DNA of 64,000 nucleotides from a virus (Duplodnaviria; Caudoviricetes): IMG/VR virus record IMGVR_UViG_2940244548_000002, positions 1 to 64,000 of that record; one strand, 5' to 3'. Shown piece by piece: positions 57,218 to 64,000 of this stretch (position 1 is its first letter; each line of letters starts with the position of its first letter). The notes under the pieces were generated by a model. It saw only the letters and a program-made list of their open reading frames with translations, ran no database searches and was not told where the DNA came from. The position numbers and the translations under genes were made by a program.

Positions 57218-58570
57218 ATGGCAACAACATTTAAGGCGGTGGTATTCCAACACCATAAAAAACAAGATGGTACATATAACGTTAAAATCCGTGTTACCCA
57301 TAATCGGCAAAGGCGGTTACTGGCAACAAACATTTTTGTTACTAAGGAGGATTTAACCAGAGGCTTAAAAATAAAATCCCAGAATATACTTGATAATACC
57401 AAAGCCATTATTGATGGCTATATGCGTATTACAGCTACCATTAGCATACAGGTAGCTAAAGATATGAACGTAGATGATGTATTAAAATACATAGATACCT
57501 ACCAAGCTAATAATAAGGTATTCAAGTTGGATTTTATCAGCTATGCCGAAAAAATAACTAAGGAGCTGGAGGATACAGGGCGCAAAGGGAATAGCTTAAT
57601 GTATAAAACTGTAGCCAATAGCTTAAAATGCTTTTTGGGCTATGATACAATTGATATTTCAGAGATAAATGTACAATTCTTAAATGACTACTGCCAGTGG
57701 TTAAAAACCAAGCCAGCACGCAAAAACAGACCAGATAAGGATACTGGCAGGCGTATGCCCTCCCTTTATTTATCCACAATCAGAGCTATACATAATAGGG
57801 CAAAATCAGAGTTTAACGATGAAGATGCTGGGATAATTAACATACCATTATCACCTTTCAAAAAGTTCAAAATACCAGCAGTACCAGTAAGTAGAAAAAG
57901 AGCATTAACTAAGGAGCAATTTACAAAGCTAATCAGCCACCCATACGAGTTGGTAATGTATAGAGGCTTTAATAGGATGAATTTGGCAAAAGATGTTTTT
58001 TTGTTATCATTCGGGCTAATGGGTATGAATGCAGTTGATTTATTTGAGTGTACAAATTATGAGGGTGGTTATTTAAACTATAACCGAACAAAAACCAAAA
58101 ACAGGCGTGCGGATGCTGCACGTATGGTAGTAAAAGTGCATCCAGAGTTAATGCCATTATTTGAGAAATACAGAGATAAAAAAGGGAAAAGGGTATTCTG
58201 TTTTTACCAATATTATTCGGATGCAAATACATTTTCAGCTGCAATAAATAAAGGGCTAAAAAAGATTGGCGAAAAAATAGGGATAGCTGATTTTGAATTT
58301 TATGCAGCACGACATACATGGGCAACTCTGGCAACTAATAAAGTCGGTATTGCAAAAGATTTGGTGCATGAGGCATTAAACCATGTAGATGATAAAATGC
58401 GCATAACCGACATTTATATAGAAAAAGACTGGAGGCGTATTGATGATGCCAATAAACAAATGCTGGAATATGTTGGGTTTAGCAAGGTAAATATTAAGGA
58501 GGAGATATACCAACGGAAGTTTAATAAACACCTCCCAAAAAGAGAGCACCCTATTTTTTCAGAGGAGTAA
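57218..58570 (+). CDS. int: Tyrosine recombinase (phage integrase)
   Basis: Homolog of 1-1365; FYAARHTWAT, ALNH, TDIY. Confidence 0.95.
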   Translation: MATTFKAVVFQHHKKQDGTYNVKIRVTHNRQRRLLATNIFVTKEDLTRGLKIKSQNILDNTKAIIDGYMRITATISIQVAKDMNVDDVLKYIDTYQANNKVFKLDFISYAEKITKELEDTGRKGNSLMYKTVANSLKCFLGYDTIDISEINVQFLNDYCQWLKTKPARKNRPDKDTGRRMPSLYLSTIRAIHNRAKSEFNDEDAGIINIPLSPFKKFKIPAVPVSRKRALTKEQFTKLISHPYELVMYRGFNRMNLAKDVFLLSFGLMGMNAVDLFECTNYEGGYLNYNRTKTKNRRADAARMVVKVHPELMPLFEKYRDKKGKRVFCFYQYYSDANTFSAAINKGLKKIGEKIGIADFEFYAARHTWATLATNKVGIAKDLVHEALNHVDDKMRITDIYIEKDWRRIDDANKQMLEYVGFSKVNIKEEIYQRKFNKHLPKREHPIFSEE

Positions 58571-58826
58571 TATCCTTATTAAACATATTCCCTTTGCCAG
58601 TAAGTAGCCAAAGTGCATTTATATTAAATTCTTTAACCAGAGGTACAAGCCAATAAAGTTGCAAGAGGTTTGCATCTAAATCTTTTTCTTGTTTGTAGAA
58701 ATTCCTTTTATCAATATTAGCCAGAGTACAGTATGTTTGCCGACCTCTAATAACTCTGGATTCCATCAGCATTTTTATTGCTTCATAAAAACGCTTGGTT
58801 ATCTCTACATTAATTGGATTTTGCAT
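58551..58826 (-). CDS. Small putative DNA-binding protein
   Basis: Homolog of 1676-1942 (INALWLLTGKGNMF). Confidence 0.75.
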   Translation of the reverse strand: MQNPINVEITKRFYEAIKMLMESRVIRGRQTYCTLANIDKRNFYKQEKDLDANLLQLYWLVPLVKEFNINALWLLTGKGNMFNKDITPLKK

Positions 58827-59028
58827 AAGCTAAACGTTTAATTTGCATCAAATCTGATTTAAGTAACTCCAGTGCGCTGTATTCCTCATTATCCACTATT
58901 GCCTTATCAATGTGTTTTTCAATAGCCAGTATGGCACTGTTAAGCTCATCGGCTGACATAGAGCCAGTACTTACCCACTCCTCAATAGCCTTTTTAAGAG
59001 CATCTATAACTATTCTATTGCAGTCCAT
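58810..59028 (-). CDS. Hypothetical protein
   Basis: Homolog of 1944-2153. Confidence 0.7.
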   Translation of the reverse strand: MDCNRIVIDALKKAIEEWVSTGSMSADELNSAILAIEKHIDKAIVDNEEYSALELLKSDLMQIKRLAYAKSN

Positions 59029-59029
59029 A

Positions 59030-59473
59030 TTATTTTTCTTGCCCCTCCAGCTGGGCTATTTTTTGTTTAAGAGTACCAATCTCCCTATTTAACTCCTCTA
59101 TCATCATATCTTTACGTTGTAGCTCTGCATCTTTCTCTTTCACAATGCTTGCAGGGTATAATTCCCCTTTGCTTATCATAGTCATTAATTGCTGGTAAAA
59201 AACATCAGCCCCCTCATTTACGACTTTTTTTGCCGTATCCATTTCTATCTGCTCATCTTTGAGCATCATATTTCCAATGCCAGTCATTAACCATGCAGGG
59301 TTAAGCCCAAAGCACTCCGACCACTTAGCAGCCGTTTTTTTACCAAACGATCTATGGTTAAGTAGTTTCTGTACAGTCTGTTGAGTAGAGCCAGTAAGTT
59401 CTGCAATTTGAACCTGTGTGATTTTCCGCTCTTTGAAAAAATCTTTTAATTTTTTTCTTTCTGTATCATCCAT
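59030..59473 (-). CDS. CI-like repressor (XRE HTH)
   Basis: ITQVQIAELTGSTQQTVQKLL HTH; NPAWLMTG.G.M; coiled-coil tail. Confidence 0.85.
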   Translation of the reverse strand: MDDTERKKLKDFFKERKITQVQIAELTGSTQQTVQKLLNHRSFGKKTAAKWSECFGLNPAWLMTGIGNMMLKDEQIEMDTAKKVVNEGADVFYQQLMTMISKGELYPASIVKEKDAELQRKDMMIEELNREIGTLKQKIAQLEGQEK

Positions 59474-59505
59474 TGTTTCAGCACGTTATAAATTAGTCAT
59501 TAAAA

Positions 59506-59563
59506 TAAGCCAAAAAAAGGCGTATAAATATTTGGATATAAGACTAAAATAGGCTTATATTTG
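59506..59563 (+). promoter_or_regulatory. Prophage 2 operators (TAAG[C/A]C-N7-GGC[G/T]TA x2) and TATATTTG -7 box
   Basis: Inverted repeats at 59506-59524 and 59539-59557 beside TATATTTGCATCGT, which is shared with prophage 1. Confidence 0.65.
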
Positions 59564-59634
59564 CATCGTTATAACGTTATAACATGACAAAGATAGTTAT
59601 AAAAAGGAGTATTAACACCTAAAAATGTAGCAAA

Positions 59635-59901
59635 ATGGAAAATATGACCGTAAAGGACTATACACAGGAAGAAAAAGAGCCCAAGAGCTTTAGTGAGGTG
59701 TATAACGGACTACCCGAGCGGACTAAGGCACCCAAACAGGCATTTGTTGAGCGCATTGCTGAATTGTGCATGTGCTCACAGCAAACAGTAAGAATGTGGA
59801 TTCAAGGTAAGCAACGCCCAGATGCACTAAAGCAAAAACTTATAAGTGAAGAATTGGGCATACCACAAGACGAGTTATTTCCAACACCAGTAACAGAGTA
59901 G
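59635..59901 (+). CDS. Cro-like HTH protein
   Basis: Homolog of 2759-3013. Confidence 0.8.
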   Translation: MENMTVKDYTQEEKEPKSFSEVYNGLPERTKAPKQAFVERIAELCMCSQQTVRMWIQGKQRPDALKQKLISEELGIPQDELFPTPVTE

Positions 59902-59905
59902 TAAG

Positions 59906-60460
59906 ATGAAACCCACAGAGTTTTACAATACACCAGAGGGGCAAGTAACATTGCGAGCTATGGGAGAGCCAGAAAGGCAACTCACAGAGAACGACAGGGA
60001 GTTTATAGAGCAGTTTCTATATGTATTGCGTGAATATTACCCAGAGGCATTTGATGCTCTTATGGAGGTTTACAGCGTAAATATAAATAATAAGAGGTAT
60101 CGTGATTTTCTGGCTGTACGCAGATTTATTAAATGCAACTTCGGCTTGTATGATAACCAAATAGATGTTGATGAGAACTGGAATTTTAAGTTTGAGTTCT
60201 TATGCTGCCCACTACACGGAGAATGTAAATACGATGGGGTTATATGTAAACCTAAATTTTGCTCAAAATTGAGTGATAGGCAGCTGGAGGTAATGCGTAT
60301 GTGTTACGAGGGTAAAAAGGATAATGAGATAGCCGATGCTCTTTTTATAAGCCTTAATACTGTAGCAAACCACCGTAAAGCCAGTTTCAAAAAAGTAGGA
60401 GTACATGATATGGCTGAATTTATGCGATACGCATACAATAATAATTTATTCAAGTTTTGA
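59906..60460 (+). CDS. LuxR-type HTH regulator
   Basis: Close homolog of 3015-3566. Confidence 0.9.
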   Translation: MKPTEFYNTPEGQVTLRAMGEPERQLTENDREFIEQFLYVLREYYPEAFDALMEVYSVNINNKRYRDFLAVRRFIKCNFGLYDNQIDVDENWNFKFEFLCCPLHGECKYDGVICKPKFCSKLSDRQLEVMRMCYEGKKDNEIADALFISLNTVANHRKASFKKVGVHDMAEFMRYAYNNNLFKF

Positions 60461-60462
60461 TT

Positions 60463-60720
60463 ATGGGAACACGTGCAACAATAGCAAAAAACAATGCAGC
60501 AGCATTAATGGCACTGGATTATGAAACCCATCATTGCCATGCACAAAACCAGATGATTTTTGATTTTGGGAAAGGAAACAAAATCGTAGTAGACAGAAAA
60601 ACACAAAAGGCTTATAAAATCTGGAGAAACGAGCCTAAAGACAGCTTTAGTATTAAAGATATGCCTATACAAGAGTTTGAGAGTATAATTATAGCATTTG
60701 GCAACCAAATACCAGTGTAA
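60463..60720 (+). CDS. Hypothetical protein
   Basis: ORF in operon; no counterpart in prophage 1. Confidence 0.6.
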   Translation: MGTRATIAKNNAAALMALDYETHHCHAQNQMIFDFGKGNKIVVDRKTQKAYKIWRNEPKDSFSIKDMPIQEFESIIIAFGNQIPV

Positions 60721-60855
60721 CTATGTGGGCTATAATTATATCATTCTCATTTTTAACACTCGCTTTACTCCTTGTTATAATCATTCTACTGTGCTACATA
60801 AAAGACGTACACAAAACAGTAGATGGATTGTATAACGAATTACAAAATGTAAAGT

Positions 60856-61188
60856 ATGGAAAATGAATTGTACAAAATCCGCTCGTTTTTAATCGGGGTT
60901 GCAGAGAGCGGTGCAGCACGTGTGTTGAAAGATTACAACCCAAAGGGTGACAGATTAACCCAGAGGCAAGCATTTGAGTTTTTTAAGCAGAGAGACACAC
61001 AATTTGGAGGCGAATTTACGCACGGAGAGGCGTGGGTAAGGCGAATGGTTGAAGAGGGGCATTTACACCCTGTAAGGCTCGGAAAGGCTAAGAATAGCCC
61101 ACTATACTACAGCAAAGCAGAATTATTGGCAGTGAGAGCTGCATGCGATGCATACGAGATGGGAATATTTAACGGTACTAAACTGTAA
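60856..61188 (+). CDS. Putative excisionase-like protein
   Basis: Homolog of 3820-4104 (LTQRQAF...NSPLYYSKAEL). Confidence 0.6.
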   Translation: MENELYKIRSFLIGVAESGAARVLKDYNPKGDRLTQRQAFEFFKQRDTQFGGEFTHGEAWVRRMVEEGHLHPVRLGKAKNSPLYYSKAELLAVRAACDAYEMGIFNGTKL

Positions 61189-61192
61189 AACA

Positions 61193-61492
61193 ATGAGTAA
61201 ACAACAAAATTCGGTAGAAATGAGCGAAAAGGATTTAGAAAACATAGGATTCATTTTCTGCGAGCACAAAGGAAGAGAGGCATACCACTATTTTGGTAAA
61301 AATAGGGTATTCATGGCATACATAGAAAGGAATAATGCAAAGCCTTATTATGCTGCTGTTTACAAAGTTTGTGATGTAATGCAATTTGATAATCCAAACG
61401 ACCCTAGAAATGGCAAATATGCTCAATCATGGCTTACGGATGAACAAAATATTGAAAAATTAAAAAGATGCCTTGCAATAAACGATAAATAA
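61193..61492 (+). CDS. Hypothetical protein
   Basis: Likely start MSKQQN. Confidence 0.6.
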   Translation: MSKQQNSVEMSEKDLENIGFIFCEHKGREAYHYFGKNRVFMAYIERNNAKPYYAAVYKVCDVMQFDNPNDPRNGKYAQSWLTDEQNIEKLKRCLAINDK

Positions 61493-61499
61493 TAAAACT

Positions 61500-63479
61500 A
61501 TGGTTATTCGATTTTTAAGATTAAAGATGCTCAATTTTAAGGGCGTGCTGGGAGAAAGGGAGATAATATTTAATCCTCAATTAACCCAGATATTAGGTGC
61601 AAATCGCACAGGTAAAACAACTATCCCAGATGCAGCCTTATGGTGTTTATTTGGTAGAAACAGCGAGGATAAAGCGGATTTTGGTATTAAAACACGTGAT
61701 AAAAATGGTGCATTCATTCCAGAGTTATCGCATGAGGTTGAGCTATTTATAGAAGTGGACGGCAAAGAGGTAAGCCTAAAACGTTGCTGGGTTGAAAAAT
61801 GGAGTAAGCCAAAACAGCAAGAGGATAAAGTATTAACTGGGCATACAACCAATTATTTTGTAGATGGTAATAAATATACCGAAACAGAATATAAAGAATA
61901 TATTGAGAGCCTTTGCCCAGAGAGCCTGTTTAGAGTAATTACAAACCCTGCATTTTTCCCAAGTTTGGAGGCTGGCAAACAACGTGCTTTGCTTACTAAA
62001 ATGGTTGGAGAGGTAAGCAATGAAATGATTGCAGAGGGTAAGCCAGAATTTATGGCTATGCTGGAAGAGCTGGATGGGCGTACATTGGAGGCTTTTTTGC
62101 AACACCTATCCTATAAGAAAAAAGGGGTAAAGGATGAGTTGGATAGAATACCTATACGCATTAAGGAGCAAAAAGACGAGATAGTAAAAATTACTCCAGA
62201 GGATACCAGCTGGGAAAAGCTGGAGGGTGATATAACGGCTGCTGAAAATGCCATTGAGCGCATTGATGAAGAGGTTGCAGACCGTAGCAAAACTTTGGAT
62301 ACAGACTATGAGGCAAAAGCTACCGAGCGGAATGCAATTAACAAATTGCGAGAAAAAGTACAAAGCATTGAGTTTGAAGCACGCCAAACATACAACAATG
62401 CCAGCCGTAACAGAACCAATGCTATCCGAGAAGCCGAAAACTCTCTACAGGACACAGAAAGAGAGATTAATACCCAGAAAGGCAGAAAAGAGAGTGCAGA
62501 ACGTGCGCTAAATAGCCTAGAGCAAGAAAAGGCTGATTTTCGTAACCGTTGGCAACTAGTGAACGATGAGGAGTTTATTATTAATGATAATGAGCTTATT
62601 TGCCCTACCTGCAAACGTAGGCTGGAGGAAACAGATGTGCAAGAGAAATCTAGCACTATGGAGGAGAATTTTAACCGTACCAAATCGGGTAAAATAGAGG
62701 CTCTGGAGATTGAAGCTGAACAGCTTAAAAAACGTGGCAATGGCTATAACGATACTATAGCCGAATGCAACAAAAAAATCCAAGAACTAGAGAACCTGCT
62801 ACCTGCCAAAAAACAAGCTGTAGCTGATGCAAAAGCCATTGAGTTGCAAAGCGAGGAAAGTATATTGCAAGGTAACACAGAACTGGTAGAACTAAAAAAA
62901 GAGATTGAAACACGCACAACTGCACTGGATACCCCAAATGCTGCCAGTGAGGAGGTGCAAACTGGCATTAACGCTCTAAAGGGAGATAAAAAACAGCTTC
63001 AAGATAAGGTTGATAGCCTTAAAAAGCAACTTTATGTACGTGAAACTATTGCAAACAAAAACGCACGTATCAAAGAGCTGGAGGGGCAAGAAAAAACTCT
63101 TAACCAGCAACTATCCGAGCTTGAAAAGAAAGAATACACTGCACAGGAGTTTACCAAAGCTCACATTGTAGAGCTGGAGGGTAAAGTTAATGCTCTTTTC
63201 CTAAATGTACGTTTTACCATGTTCGACCACAAGTTAAATGGAGCTCTAAAGCCTATTTGTGAGTGTACGGTGGGCGGTGTACCCTACAGTGATCTAAATA
63301 ATGCAGACCGCATTAATGCTGGTATAGATATAATCAATGCGATTTGCCGATTTAACAACGTATATGCTCCATGCTTCATAGATAATGCAGAGAGTATTAA
63401 CGATGTAATGCCTATGGATAGCCAAGCTATTCACCTTATTGTGAGCAGAGATAAAGAGCTAGTAATAATCAACAATTAA
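61500..63479 (+). CDS. SMC/Rad50-like AAA ATPase
   Basis: NFKG, GANRTGKT, CPTC, FIDNAES; homolog of 4101-6110. Confidence 0.9.
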   Translation: MVIRFLRLKMLNFKGVLGEREIIFNPQLTQILGANRTGKTTIPDAALWCLFGRNSEDKADFGIKTRDKNGAFIPELSHEVELFIEVDGKEVSLKRCWVEKWSKPKQQEDKVLTGHTTNYFVDGNKYTETEYKEYIESLCPESLFRVITNPAFFPSLEAGKQRALLTKMVGEVSNEMIAEGKPEFMAMLEELDGRTLEAFLQHLSYKKKGVKDELDRIPIRIKEQKDEIVKITPEDTSWEKLEGDITAAENAIERIDEEVADRSKTLDTDYEAKATERNAINKLREKVQSIEFEARQTYNNASRNRTNAIREAENSLQDTEREINTQKGRKESAERALNSLEQEKADFRNRWQLVNDEEFIINDNELICPTCKRRLEETDVQEKSSTMEENFNRTKSGKIEALEIEAEQLKKRGNGYNDTIAECNKKIQELENLLPAKKQAVADAKAIELQSEESILQGNTELVELKKEIETRTTALDTPNAASEEVQTGINALKGDKKQLQDKVDSLKKQLYVRETIANKNARIKELEGQEKTLNQQLSELEKKEYTAQEFTKAHIVELEGKVNALFLNVRFTMFDHKLNGALKPICECTVGGVPYSDLNNADRINAGIDIINAICRFNNVYAPCFIDNAESINDVMPMDSQAIHLIVSRDKELVIINN

Positions 63480-63490
63480 TTAGTAATAAC

Positions 63491-64000
63491 ATGGGAAATG
63501 ATGCCAACAATGCTGGTGGTGCAAATACGCAGGCACAGCAACAAACGCTTACTCAAAACGCAGTAGCATTAAAAAAATTTCAAGAGGAAACAACCGAGCA
63601 GGTACTAGCTAAGATTACCCTCATGCAAGAGGCTGGAGCTATCAAATTACCTGCTAATTATTCGGCTGGCAATGCTGTTAAACTGGGATGGCTTTACCTT
63701 ATGGATGTAAAGGACAGGAATAATAAGCCAGCTGTAGAGGTTTGTACACGTGAAAGTATCTGTAATACCTTTTTTAAGATGGTTATTAAAGGGCTATCTG
63801 TAGCGAAAAAACAATGCTATTTCATTGTTTATGGCAACCAGCTAACTCTACAGGAGGATTACAGAGGTAATCTAATGATAGCAAAGCGGGATACTCCTAT
63901 AGCCGATGTAAACCCACAAGTAATTTACGAGGGCGACAATTTTGTATATACGGTTGATGAAAATGGTTTGTACCAGCTGGTGAAGCATGAGACCAAACTA
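63491..64000 (+). CDS. recT: RecT-family protein (partial, truncated by window end)
   Basis: Open frame from 63491: LPANYS..NA, MVIKGLS.AKKQCYFIVYG, VIYEGD. Confidence 0.8.
   Translation, partial: MGNDANNAGGANTQAQQQTLTQNAVALKKFQEETTEQVLAKITLMQEAGAIKLPANYSAGNAVKLGWLYLMDVKDRNNKPAVEVCTRESICNTFFKMVIKGLSVAKKQCYFIVYGNQLTLQEDYRGNLMIAKRDTPIADVNPQVIYEGDNFVYTVDENGLYQLVKHETKL

Larger units (their letters stand above)
57086..64000 (+). mobile_element. Prophage 2 (left part; continues beyond the window), integrated at tRNA-Arg
   Basis: Same gene order as prophage 1 from int to recT, with diverged sequences. Confidence 0.9.

Noticed and set aside
57218..64000. Assembly duplication or terminal repeat of prophage 1
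   Set aside because: Proteins are homologous but clearly diverged, with different CI, operators, RecT and GATC content.

Overview
The window holds an apparently complete ~57 kb temperate siphovirus-type prophage of a Bacteroidetes host (1 to ~56925; TAnnTTTG promoters). It is followed by a tRNA-Arg(CCT) gene (57014-57085) and the left ~7 kb of a second, related but probably heteroimmune prophage. Prophage 1 has integrase, immunity, RecT recombination, replication, methylation, packaging, head, tail and lysis modules. The main finding is a diversity-generating retroelement (DGR; RT 53196-54260, TR ~52936-53050) with no visible avd gene and two adenine-mutagenized targets. One is the usual adjacent tail gene (VR1 52749-52863). 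The other is a remote, internal VR (9078-9190) in a small non-structural gene of the early region ~44 kb away. Also notable: (1) a MuF head protein fused to an ADP-ribosyltransferase-like domain faces an antisense operon with an ADP-ribosylglycohydrolase; (2) a ParB-DUF4417-like gene precedes a basic HExxH protein and an acidic small protein before the terminase; (3) a 17-bp palindrome recurs at late promoters; (4) an exact 27-bp copy of the cro promoter/operator drives an antisense island in the head module; (5) an iteron/AT-rich origin-like region follows the integrase; (6) the tail chaperone has a -1 frameshift; (7) GATC content differs sharply between the two prophages. Family assignments come from motif recognition by eye, not database searches.
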